A DNA stretch of 64,000 nucleotides from NCBI RefSeq assembly GCF_037042905.1, contig NC_087249.1:9612001-9676000 (forward strand). Direction: 5' to 3'. Each line of letters begins with the position of its first letter. Within the stretch, counting starts at the first letter, position 1. Positions 36,472 through 48,757 of the stretch are shown here, piece by piece. Source of the stretch: Lytechinus pictus. Its lineage: Eukaryota. Made by a program: the position numbers and the translations under genes. The notes beneath the pieces were generated by a model. The model did not search any database. It saw only the letters and a program-made list of their open reading frames with translations, and was not told where the DNA came from.

Positions 36472-38057
36472 GTGAAATAGCGGGATCAGTTTGTAGTGAA
36501 CCTGGGCCGATGATGTCGACAGGAACCATAACTCTGCCTGAATCAGTCTGAATGATGAGGCAGGAAGTGGGCAGAGAACATCAATACATCACAATGCGAT
36601 AATGACTCCAAGTATTCAATAGATGGCATGCAAGAATGACAGGTGATTTACGATGCTCTGAGGCGCCACGTAGGAGAATACCAGACTATTCTGAAGATAT
36701 CAAAGAATTAACCAAGGGCCAGGAGGGGTTTGAATATAAACGGTACTACGGTAGAATGTATGGTTCAAAGGATGGAAGTATAGAATTTTACTGCATTCTG
36801 TATGAAGCAGAACTCAAATCCAATGTCTACCCATTTAAACATGGACTACAGTACAGACATCTCCATTTCAACAAAAGTTGTACCAGCTTCGAACTGAGGA
36901 TACTGTATACCTTTCAAAGATTTTGACAAAATGTGCAAAGTGGATAAAAAGACCACATAAACAGTCTTGAGAAATAATCTGAATGATCTAATCAACAATT
37001 TTTTAAATTGGATTTTCATCTTCATGTCAAGAGGATACATGGCAATTCAAGTTATTGCTTTAGTACAAGAGGTATTTTTTTTTTATCTGAATAATTTTCA
37101 CTATTTCACAAGGGATATAAGTTTAACAATCACTTTGATTTTAATAGAGTTTTTATCATCAACCAAAGAAACTTGATAACAAAACAGGTAGATGGAAATA
37201 AGCGAAGACAATGCAAAATACAATATAACTTCACTGTGACGAATTTCCTCAGATATTGCCATAGTGATCATAAGAGAGGTCATTCTCCACTAGCCATTTT
37301 GCTTAGGAACGAGTGAAGAGACTTTCACCCATGCTAGTATGCCCCTCTCAAGTTTCCGAAATTAAAAGGAGTAATCCACACTGCAATGAAACATTTGTTC
37401 ATTGCCAGGGCTTGGCAGTAATGAAGTGTCGTCATACTTCGTTGAGACTATTTTGACGAGACCAATACCCGCTGGAATAAAATTTGGGCTTGTCAAGCTC
37501 TTGGATTCAGCGTTTGGGGGTCTGCGTGTGATGGAGTCGGGGCCTACGATGACAAATAACGGCAATCGATAACCTGGAGCCGGGCAATGGAATGTGATGT
37601 GATGCATTTGTCCAAACAGATTAAAATTTGACAGATGATTGTTTTAGGTAATCCAAAGTAATCAAATTTAAGCCTTTCAAGGTTGTAATAAATATTAAGA
37701 ATTAATAATCTCTCATTACATGTGGTTTCAGTTTCTGAAGAACAAGAATGTTGCTTATGAGTGACATTACAAGAGTTCATGACATTAGAAAAAGGCGGAA
37801 CAAGAAAAATCAGAAAGTATGAAAAAAAAAGAGAAAGAAAAAGAAAGGACATGTATAGAACTCCATCCGCCTGTAAAATGCATATTTCTCATAAACCCAA
37901 TTCTGAAATACTTTACACATAAAGTTATTCCAAATTGATTCATTTTGAATTTTGGCCAGTCTAACAAAGAGTTGAAATTGATCCGATCAACCACAACTAT
38001 GGAAAGCCAGCAACATCAACATCCATTAAACATCAGAGCTTGCTCTTTGATACTCAC

Positions 38058-38234
38058 ATTGCACTGCATAGGCAAAGAGTTCTGAAGCCATGTTGAAGCT
38101 GCAGGGAAGTCTTCCCTGAAGCATGTCCATCTTCAGCTGCAGAAAGAACTGGTACCTGGTAACTTCCTCGGACAACCGACACGGATCCTCCACGTAAAAC
38201 TTGACCCCAAAGTACAATGTCATCGGACTCACAT
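38058..38234 (-). CDS. EPB41L4A: FERM gene exon 4: (N)[58 protein letters not shown]
   Basis: GCAG acceptor, GTGAGT donor, 177 nt, phase 1-1. [23 protein letters not shown] matches the EPB41L4A subfamily as I recall it. Confidence 0.97.
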
Positions 38235-38490
38235 CTGCAGAAAAATAAAGAGGTAGAAGAGTTTAGGGAATGACTTGTCACCTTACTGATTTTCAGTACC
38301 AGATTGTAAGATGCCCATAGACCTATCCTTATAAGTCTTGAATGTCATGAGAGCAGAACTCGTCTTAAAACACCAACATGTATCTTGTATTTCAACCTAT
38401 ATAATGTTTTAATTAATTTGGCCAAATATTCCTGCAAGACGTTGGAAGCATGAATTCACTGAATTATTATAGGCCAAGTCCACCTCCACA

Positions 38491-38594
38491 CAGGGCCCTG
38501 TCTACGGAGGATAATTCTAATGTTACTGGGGGGTGCTGAGCATTGTCACAGCACCACTAGTAACAATAGATTATCCTCCGTGGACAGGTCCATG
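38491..38594. mobile_element. 104-bp foldback element with 8-bp TSD CCTCCACA (hAT-like)
   Basis: TSD at 38483-38490 and 38595-38602; near-complete palindrome. Confidence 0.82.
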
Positions 38595-38671
38595 CCTCCA
38601 CAGAAAGTTGATTTGATTAAAAGGAGAAATATCAAACAAGCTTTAATAATGCTGAAAATTTCATCAAAACC

Positions 38672-38830
38672 AGGGGCTGTTTCATAAAGAGTTAAAACTG
38701 TTGTAACTTTGCCATTATGGCAACTACCATGGCAACAGGGCTCAGCAGCCAATCAAAATCAAGGTTACCATGGTAGTTGCCATAATGGCAAAGTTACAAA
38801 AGTTGTAACTCTTTATGAAATGGGCCCCAG
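38672..38830. mobile_element. Palindromic PIF/Harbinger-like MITE
   Basis: GGGGCTGTTTCATAAAGAGTT...AACTCTTTATGAAATGGGCCCC; arms about 65 bp. Confidence 0.7.
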
Positions 38831-39779
38831 ATGTTAAATAAGAAAGTTATGACATTAAAGAATTTCGCTGAATTTCACAAAATAGCCATATGCACATCCT
38901 CATCCTGGTCAGTATGCAAATAAGGGGACATATGACATCAATCACTCACTATTTCTTTTGTATTTTATCATACAACATATGAAATATTTTGATTTTCTCC
39001 TGATTACTATGTTCGAAACAAAGTTTGATTTCTCCCTGGATATGTGGAATTGTCATTGTTGTAACCTATTGTGATTTGATGAAGAGTCTTATTGTCAACC
39101 CTACAAAAATTGAAATACATGTATATATAAATTCAAAGATTAGAATACAAAAGAAATAGTGAGTGACTGATCTCATTTACTCTTAATAATTTTTATATAT
39201 TAGTATATATATATGTAACTGTTTTGAAAAAAAAATGGAAAGGGTCATTTGAGTAACTTTCTTTTTTTACATAATAGATGAAATACTCCAGAGTTTTTCT
39301 AGTTTGATTTTTTTCTGTTCATTCCAATCAACGTTTTGAGTAGCCTTGATCGTAAATAGTAACACAGATCTGTTCCAATTACCAAACTTGCAAGTTGCAA
39401 CAGAGACCAACGTAGAACATTGAACTTAAGTTTTGGATTTTACATTGTTTCTTGGTCTCGAGCTTACCGGTAGTCCCTTTATGTCATTACTTGGTGTATA
39501 AAAAAAAAGACAGTGTCAAGTATCAATGCGTATCTCATAAATAAATAAACCACTCAATTTGTACCCATTTCTCACAAATTGTCAAGAGGCTTCATCACTA
39601 AAAAAAAAATAAAAACTTTGTATCAATCTAGTTCTGGGGAAAATATAAGGTGAAATAATCCATCTAGTATATAGGAAAATGTCAAAATATTAACTGTAAG
39701 ATATAATACCCAGCATTCAAGTTTGGAGAAAATAATCAAAACAGAACATTTAGAAATAATTTCATACTACTGTACTTAC

Positions 39780-39822
39780 TTTTTAACTGCTTTAGTACTT
39801 GTTTTTCAGCATTCAACCAATG
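39780..39822 (-). CDS. EPB41L4A: FERM gene exon 3: HWLNAEKQVLKQLK
   Basis: TACAG acceptor, GTAAGT donor, 43 nt, phase 0-1; FERM 'WL...K.i.kQ' motif. Confidence 0.93.
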
Positions 39823-40572
39823 CTGTAATAAATTCAAGTATAAAAAAAATCAACTGTTACATGTACAATCACTTTTAAATTAATTATAATTTCTAATGCC
39901 ACTGAATATAAAACTGTTAAATCGTAATCTTTACTGAAAAACATGACCACATCAAATTTTCTAATCCGATCTCATTAATGAATCACATTAAAGTGTCTTT
40001 TATCACGAGTTTAAATGTTTTTAATGTCATATGTAAGATTCCAAAATGGGATTTCTATATCAAAGAGGTCAAGTTATTAATACCAATTATCAATCTTGAA
40101 ATGACAATAATTTCTGTGCTTTCAATTGTTATAAAAAAACATAGGATGGAAAAAAAATCTGAGGTGATCATGTTTACAAACACTACTTTTTGACGTTTAA
40201 ATTTTCCTCCGATTCGTGATTTGAAATACGTTTACTTTTATGACCAAGAATGGAAAACATTGAACACCCATTGTTTCTCACTATGTTGCATTTTGTAATC
40301 ACGTTTTCTATCATGATTCATGTTGCCATTTAAATTTTGAAACCGACATAAACATACTCTACAACGAAACAAAGCCAGGAGCAAATGTTATGAGTTAAAT
40401 ACATGTAATATCTGTGCGTTGGCTTTTAAGAATGACTCTAAGTCGCACTTAACTCCTTGTGGATCACCCTCAGGTATTTTCTGTAATGTACAAGTTGCTA
40501 TAAGAACATCTTCATGTAATTTCATTAGCATAACCATCACTCACAAGAAACATGCAATGGGAGGAAACTTAC

Positions 40573-40677
40573 AGTTTGGTTGTCTTTATCGATGAATCTG
40601 AGCCCAAAGAAATCAGTTTCAAGCAGATTCATGTGATTGAAGACTCGATCAAGAACATCACTTCCTCTCATCTTATA
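40573..40677 (-). CDS. EPB41L4A: FERM gene exon 2: YKMRGSDVLDRVFNHMNLLETDFFGLRFIDKDNQT
   Basis: CAG acceptor, GTAAGT donor, 105 nt, phase 0-0; FERM F1 motif (L.E.D(Y/F)FGL). Confidence 0.95.
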
Positions 40678-41620
40678 CTGGAGGAGAAATTATTTGGGGA
40701 AAGAGAAAATAAGGGGAAAATGTTATGAGTAAAACCTGTGAAGAATAGAGACACAACACACACACACACATTTTCAATGTTTTTCTTCTACATTTAATAA
40801 CATTTTAATTAAAAAAAAAATGCAACTTTAATAGTTTAGGTTTAATAAAATTTATAATTGTTTCAGATGAGGATCGTTCATCTAGGCCTACCTGTATAAT
40901 TACGATTAAGGCTTGACATATGTGTGAATACATGTTTATTAACAATCCAATGAATAAAAATGTATATATCTTTAAATTATGGATTTCACAAAATTTTATT
41001 TCAATTTTCAATGAAAACATAAAATACGAATTTGTGATGAAATTTTAGAGCATTCTCAAAAAATACCTAATTACGGTACTGCAATTCATACAATGTGATT
41101 TGATGCAACTTTTGTTTGTGCACAACAATAAATTCAATCAATCATTAAATTGATTTCATATTTTAAGAAAGGAAATTGGGCTTTTAAACAGGCAAAAACC
41201 AAAGCAAAACAGAGAGCAAGAAAGAAAATAGAGGAAGTCAGGTTTAACTTTAATAGACCACGGTCTAAGTCTGTGCTAAAATTATGGGGAGCCAAAAATT
41301 ATGTTTATATTGTATTTGTCATATTTCTTATGTTTACTATTTTGTTTCCTCCTGCTTTCATTAAAAAAATACTTCAGTTCCCAGACAATTATGAACAATT
41401 TGGGTGTCATATTAATGTTAATAAATTTAATGTGTACTGTTAGAGATTTGTACTCCAATTGGCTCCATGAGTTAAACCACAACTTTAAACTTGGGTTGAA
41501 CTTAAACCCAAGTTCAGAATATGGGCCAAATTGTTTTAAAAAAAGAAGAAATCTCTAGTGAAAAGAATTGTATGATAACAATTAACTTGGACAAACCCTG
41601 ACAGAAATTTAAGCATACTG

Positions 41621-41852
41621 CACTCTAAATTCCAAGGATTAAAAATAAATCCAGATTGGCTGTGAATAGTTACCAGCCAAACTATGAATTTATTTTAAAT
41701 CCTAAGGATTAACTTTTAAATCTCAAAAGATTTAAATTCAAATCTTTTAGATTTATATTCAAATCAACAAGGTTTAATTCTAAATCTAATATTCAGCTGG
41801 TCACTATTCACAGCCGATCTGGATGATTTTTAAATCCTTGGAATTTAGAGTG
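41621..41852. mobile_element. CACTA/EnSpm-like MITE (CACTCTAAA ends, 2-bp TG TSD)
   Basis: TG|CACTCTAAATTCCAAGGATT...AATCCTTGGAATTTAGAGTG|TG; second copy at 34695-34977. Confidence 0.78.
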
Positions 41853-44800
41853 TGCAAGATACTAGCTAGCGACTAGCCGAGAAAGCAATTGCAAGTTAGT
41901 AAACAGTACATACATTTCTCTGCATACATGTACCTATTTACCAGCTTATCAAGCTAGTCACTAGCCAGCAGCTAGATGGAAATTTATGTGAGGGAAATAA
42001 TTTCAAACTAATAACACAAAGATTCAACCTGGAAAATGAATATGCATGAATCTCTGATTCTCTCCATCTTCAAAGTTCAAAGAAAGAATCGAGGCAATTT
42101 TGAGAGATTTGAAACCCATAACGTACCCCATAACATGCCCATCAAAACCTCCTCTTGAGTTTGACAAAACAACCAACGACTTGTCGACTTCAATAGCAAT
42201 TCAAGTGTGACAAGACAAAACTCTATGGGAAGATGCACCCCCTTTTATGAAAAACAAAAATAACAAACTGCTGGTTTCTGCTTGATTGATTCTCTAAAGA
42301 CTCTCTCTCTCATGCAAACTCTGGCACAAATAATGTCATTGGGGGTGTATTTAAGAAGCATTCACTTGTAACTACAGGGAATGTACATGTAACTGCATTA
42401 GATTTGTTTTTAGGTGTCTTTTTTCATCACAGATTGCATACATGTACAAATCATGTTCATGAAAATTCCATCCTTCTAATTTGAAACAGGCAATAGATTT
42501 GGCCACTGTATTGTTAGCTAGTGACCCCTTTAAAAGTACAATAACCTTAAAAGGTTTAAGCTGACATAATAATTGACAGACCATTATCACAGCACTCACA
42601 ATCAGTGGCAATCATCAATTTCAGTATTATGTTCTTGATACTCAAATTCCAAACAATGCCACAATGTCTTGCCTAAAATGGGTGTGAACTGTTGATTGTA
42701 GGCTTACATGTACATGTAAATAGATAACACAATGTACAAGACAAATAAGATAATGACACTGATATGACTGCATTGTATGGCACAACCTTCCAATAAATTG
42801 TGCTCACAATCAAAGCATTCTGCATGCAAAGAAAGAAGATCCAGGGCATTTTGCTCTGTTTCATTCCCTTTTCCCCCAACTAATTATTAAACAATGATTT
42901 ATTCATCAATGCATACTGTAATGTTTATGTGTATGTATATGACATTAATTAAAAAAGAGGCCAATCAATGTCCACCAATTCTTGGAAATATAGAGTTTTT
43001 TTATTTATCCATCACTCTATTTTCCTTCTATATCAACCAACCATAATCCTACACAAAAATCATTGTTGTCAAATTGATCATCGTGTTATCACAGCTGGTA
43101 ACCAATGGCAGCATCTATCAACAACAGATAGGTTGATATAGTTCTGTCTGATTTACTTTCAGTCACTGGAGTTATTCAATTAGATGCCTTCATATCCAGG
43201 CCAGAAACCTCCACCTGAGGTTCACATAATTTCAAATTGATTCTCATCTCCAAATCAAACACAGTTTATTGGCGGGAGTGCTTTTCAAACACAGCACAGT
43301 GCTCTATGAAAGCCAATTGACCCTAATGATGTGATTACACATGAATGGCGATTTTTTTTTTTTTAAATTCTCTCACCATGTAATGTATAGTAAAGATTCT
43401 ATTTCCAGACAGAAGCAGGCAAAGAGTTACTGAATCTGATTAAGATGCACTCTAAAAACATATCAATAAAAATTGACTACATTAGTAGTCAGGTGGTGCA
43501 AGAGACTATATTGGAGTTAGAGATGAATGTGTTGTCATAAATTTTGACTAGTGTTTATACGGATATATGATAGAAATTAACAGATGCAACCAGCTGGCCA
43601 TTTCTAAAAGTAATCATTAAACTGATTTTTTTTTTTACCTGTAGAGGAGGGTGGTGAAAAAAAATGCTTTTTTGACCCCACCAAAACATTTTTTAAATGA
43701 ATATCTTATTTTGAACTTTAGTAAATGAAAAAGGAAAATAGGTTGCATCTAGGCCTTATCATATTTGGCAGTCTATATGTAAACCTACATACATGCCTAA
43801 ATATAGATAGAAAGATTGCATTCATCAAAAAGGATCTGGTAACAAAAGAAGAATTGCGAAGGCCGGCCTGTAAGGACATCCACAATGAGTGACCCCATTC
43901 CTCATTTTAAAGCCTTTTGTCCATTTTGTGTGTGCTGCTTAACATTTTTATTCAATAATAATCACTTATTATCAACTGTGCCACTTAAGTAATTTGTCAG
44001 AATAGGATACAATCCATGTCTTACAACAAAAAAACAAGCCATCAACTATTTCACTTTAAATCAAAAAGTGAGCAATGGTATTACCTTCAAGGCATGGTAT
44101 GTACTCGTAGTGCAGTATATACAAAATAAATGTATTAAGCACTTAGAGACGTCATTCAGATGTATTAAGTGCTATATACATGTAAAAGCAGATTATTATT
44201 ATCATTATCAAGGTCTGAATGCAACAGGTAGTCAGGTACATGAATATGCAATTAAAAACAACAATTCAAATATGGCTTGAAGAAGATTATTTTAGTAAAG
44301 AAATTGAGATAACTTCCTTCGAAATGAGCAGGCAGTAGTTTTGCCTGCATTGCAACAAAACCATCTCGCTCAATAACCCATCAAAGTTTCGAACAGAGAC
44401 TCGCAATGACAAGATGCAAGGTAAATTAATAAGCACCTGAGGATCATATGTTACCCCCTCGTGTGTCAGCGAGGGTAACAGTCCATGGATTCTCGCCATG
44501 TGAGCTGAGCACATCATACATGATCTTTATCGGGACTGACGGGAGAGTCAAGACTTGAAAAAAGATGGAAAAATTTGGCAAATTAATGATTTTGAAGGAT
44601 TATGCGGACGTGGTGGAATGAGGCCGCAGGGAATGGATGGAAGACTGAAAACTTGGATGAGAGAAGTTTGAGAACATGTCAAAGAGTAAGCCTCTATTTA
44701 CGCTGAAACAATGTCTTAAACTCTCAAATGACATACCAGTATACAAAAGAAAAACAATACACAACTGAAGATGAGGAGGATAAAGGATCAAACTATGAAT

Positions 44801-46051
44801 TGTAAATCTGATCTCACACCAACAGATAACTAAAGTATTAAAAAATATATGAACTTCTAATCTAATCTAATCTAATTGAGTGGTTATATCATACAAAAGA
44901 CTTGTTTCTAGTGGATGGAGACTTGTGTGATGTCTTGAAAAATACACTTTTCAATGAAGATAAACAATTTTTCAGTTTGATAACTGCTTCATTTTTTAAA
45001 GTAAATGATTAGATAATAATGTATAGCATCATACAGAGTTGATTTATAGATGGATATATTTTACTTTTAAATCTGGTTAATTTATTATTCTTTATTACTG
45101 GCCTGTAATCTGTCCAATTTGTTATCCTCCTTCAATCGACAGGCTGAAAATAATATGTTTTCAACTAATTTTGAACAGAAAAATCATACGAACAAAACAC
45201 TGAAAATTTTATCAAAATCAGACAAAGAATAACGACTTTGTTATTTTCATCCTGCAGAACCCCTTTAACATTATTTATATAGACTTTGGATGAAGAAAAC
45301 ATACAGTTCTTTCTTCTCACTTTTCTTTTTCTTCTCCCTTTTCTTTTTCTTCTCCTGTTATTTCACCTCTACCTCTCTCTCTTCTTTGTCTTCTCCTTCC
45401 TCTTTCACCACTTTCTATTTTCCCCTTCCCATTCTTCTTCTTCTCTATCTTCCTTGTTCCTCATTTTCTACTTTGAAACCATGTGAACTCTCCAAAATAC
45501 ATAAAGCTCCACTGACTACTGTTCTTGTTTGATATTTGCATACATGTAGGTGTTGAACTATAACAATTAGGAGAATACATGAACTCAAGTTTATTCAAAC
45601 AGCTCAAAAGGAGATGTTCCTATGCTATGTAAACTCACGGTTGGAAAATATTTATCTGTCAATTCTTTGAAGTTGTCTATCAGTCTGATGAATAAATTGA
45701 GTGGATCAAAAAGTGAAAATTTCAAAGTAAACATCAATCTATAATACAAGTGTGGAGTTCAGCTGCTCAGAGCAAATATTCAGTTCTTACAAAATCATAA
45801 TATTTGCCTTTTTGCAGATCATAAAACAAGCTTTTCGATCAGTGATATAATAAACGGATGACAATTTTTTTTTTCATGATCATTTATGCTTATCACCATC
45901 ACCATTATGACTCAAATTACAATGAACATTCAAATCCATAATCTTGGCCTAAAAAATGACCTTTTATCTTTCATCAATGTTAACATTTTGTGACAAATCA
46001 ATTTTACACAAAAGTTACTTTTACTTGTAATCCAATGGAAATTACCATTAA

Positions 46052-46633
46052 AGGGATGGTCTGGTCTGAAAGTATTTATAGCTTGATAAATAGAATAGAA
46101 TTCTCTGAGCAAAATGCCAAAAAATTTCATCAAAATCGGATAACAAATATCAAAGTTATTGAATTTTAAAGTTTAGCAATATTTTGTGAAAACAGTCGTC
46201 ATGAATATTCATTAGGTGGGCTGATGATGTCACATCCCCACTCGTTCTTTTGTATTTTATTATATGAAATTAGGTTTTTTCAATTTTTTTTCCTCCAAGA
46301 TCTAGAAAAATTGGATTGACAACTGATTTAGTGCATTAGATATTTATTGCTGCAACTCATTTTAGTATAAGGGAGACATATTATTCACACAAGTATGAAA
46401 TAATGAAAAAAAATATGATTTTATGTAACGTAAGAAAAAGGAAAGTGGGGATGTGACGTCATCAGCCCACCTAACGAATATTCATGACGACTGTTTTCAC
46501 AAAATATTGCTTAACTTTAAACTTCAATAACTTAATTATTTGGTATCCGATTTTGATGAAATTTTCGGCATTTTGCTCAGTGAATTCTACTCCATGTATT
46601 AAAATATAAATATTTTTAGCCCGGACCATCCCT
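46052..46633. mobile_element. Kolobok/T2-type MITE with TTAA TSD
   Basis: TTAA|AGGGATGGTC...GACCATCCCT|TTAA; long imperfect TIRs. Confidence 0.88.
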
Positions 46634-46924
46634 TTAAACAGACAATGAAAGTTACAAATAGATAGTGCAACCTTGCAAAGAGGGAGGGGAGGGGCGTCAC
46701 TTGATCAATAATTCCTGATCCCATATAGATCTACAAGTAGTACAGTAATAATTCAGTGCTCAACATTTAATACAGAAAAATAAAGTTCATTCATTATGAT
46801 GTACAAATCAAAATAGAAAACTTTTTTTTTGTAAAGAAAAACCAGTTTCAACAATGAATTAATATGCATTAGACTTTACTTGCAGTTGAAATACTGTAAC
46901 TTGAAGGCACTGCATCAATCATAT

Positions 46925-47062
46925 TACAGCTGGCAGCCGTCTGTTTCGAGGAGTTTTTAAACATTTTTTTATTCTTCTCCTCGTACACATGTAATTGGTG
47001 AGTGGAGCCAATGGAGTTCAGCGGAACAACCAATATAACACTAGACCGAAGCTTTTGGTCTA
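46925..47062 (+). mobile_element. Internally deleted copy of the TAGAC/9-bp-TSD element
   Basis: Both ends of the 1426-1868 element joined; flanks CAATCATAT / CGATCATAT (8/9). Confidence 0.82.
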
Positions 47063-47126
47063 CGATCATATATCCTAGGCCCTTTTTTTTATTCAGGGAG
47101 GAGACCGAGATAGGCCTAACAATGTA

Positions 47127-47597
47127 TAGTGAGTGATTGTATTACCGACCGGCCTTGTATTAACGAACGCGCGCATCATACACGTCAGAAAATAATTTCA
47201 TACGCTCAAAACTTTGCAACATTCTTCCAAAGAGAAACTGAATAGAAAGATTATGAAAAATGGTCAAAAACACATTTTCAAAGTCTTAATATTCTAAAAA
47301 TGATAAGATGGTAAAAAACCTCATCGGTGATTTTGTTGTTTTCTCAATTTTTCCCATAGAAAACACACGTTCGGTAATACGATACCTTTTTCAAGTGACC
47401 AAAATATTTCACATGCGAAGAGGGGTTCGATTGGAAGCTAATATCGTAAAACAGAAAAACGATTTCGGCAAAATTTTTACATATTTATATTTTGTAGGTA
47501 ATTGTGTATTTATGGTGAAAGTTTGATGAATTTGATGAGAATAATGTGTTTGATAAGATTGAATTCATGAAAAGTGTTCGGTAATACGATCCACTAG
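47127..47597. mobile_element. MITE in intron 1 close to the exon 1 donor
   Basis: GATTGTATTACCGA at the left, TCGGTAATACGATC at the right and internally. Confidence 0.55.
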
Positions 47598-47663
47598 TAC
47601 CATACTTTTATTATTTGCTACCTGGTGCCAGCTATACCACCAATGATTTTAAGAAATATTCAC

Positions 47664-47747
47664 CTCTAAATTCATGTTCACTTCCGAGCCATTGAGCAGC
47701 TGGATACTGCAGAACGCATCAATAGTCTGGACACCACAGCACGTCAT
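47664..47747 (-). CDS. EPB41L4A: FERM gene (EPB41L4A-like) coding exon 1: MTCCGVQTIDAFCSIQLLNGSEVNMNLE
   Basis: ATG at 47747, 84 nt, ends GAG|GTGAAT in phase 0, matching exon 2. The C-x-I-x-L-L pattern fits the first strand of FERM F1, and the Cys-rich start resembles vertebrate EPB41L4A. Confidence 0.8.
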
Positions 47748-48400
47748 CTCTACGCACGGGGAGCAGTCGGCGAGAAGAGAAGTCAATAATCCGTTAAAAT
47801 TTTCAGCTGCTCTGTGCTTTCTAACGTAGATGACCAAACATCATTTTTCAGACTGCGTAAATAGCCATATTGTAGTCACATTTACTAGGGTGTCAATATC
47901 GAGTAGTTGCATAAATCTACTCCAATATATAACCTTTTAGAATATCCATAAACTAGTCTTATAGTCACCCGTGATGCACACAGTGCCACAGTCACAGACG
48001 CTGTTTTCGAAATCCCAATCCGAATCTTATTATCAAACACCACCGGCAGTCAGGGGTACCGTAATTGCATTGGAAGCGCCACGGTAAATGGCGTTTTTAC
48101 ATACGGTACCGGTACACCTGTCGCTTGCTTTGAAAACGGTGATTACCCCGGGCCCCGCCTCCGAAACAGTACAGAATGGATAATTAGTAAAAGAAATATT
48201 TCGTTTTAAGCTGATTCATTTCCAGAGTTTTTGTCAACAATCGTAACCGACTGATTCGTCTGCGAGTCGAAATCTCGACTTGGCCTTTGTCGATGTATTA
48301 TATTTAAATTGCATCAAAATAATCAATAATTTGGTTTGCAACCGGGTTTGCAAGTGTTATCATGTTAATTGGACAAGAGATGGCGCTGTTCAAAAATGAC
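47748..48400 (-). promoter_or_regulatory. Probable 5' UTR/promoter region of the FERM gene
   Basis: CpG-enriched, non-repetitive sequence directly upstream of the ATG; GC box (CCCCGCCTCC near 48155) and AAGATGGCG-like YY1 motif near 48377. TSS not determinable. Confidence 0.4.
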
Positions 48401-48757
48401 ATTTTCGTCGTATTGAAATTATATGACTCTCACTGAAATCTGTTATTTTAAATTTGTTGAAATTTGAGATAAATATCGGACGTTTTCATTTCATATATAT
48501 CGGGCGTCTCCACTATATTATACACATATACTGCGATTTAAAGCCCCAACTGTGGAGCATTAGCTAAAATTAGAAAATATTAAAGAGTGATACAATAATA
48601 TTAGAACATTTCTGGGCAAAAATTATTACACCTCCTAAGAATTCCAGTAGATTATGGTACCACGCAAGTAACTCGTCCATACGATTTTTCCAAGACAACT
48701 TATCATCAATAATAACACCTAAGAACTTAGTACTTGACACTCTTTTTATATGATTAT

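Larger units (their letters stand above)
38470..39345. mobile_element. Degenerate Kolobok-like MITE with two nested hairpin elements
   Basis: Shares GCTGAAAATTTCATCAAAA and CTTTTGTATTTTAT blocks with the TTAA family; interrupted at 38491 and 38672; ends approximate. Confidence 0.55.

Noticed and set aside
45639..45734. Possible alternative first exon (MFTLKFSLFDPLNLFIRLIDNFKELTDKYFPT) ending at a phase-0 GTGAGT donor
   Set aside because: Frame-compatible with exon 2, but no FERM similarity or promoter-like context; chance cannot be excluded without RNA data.
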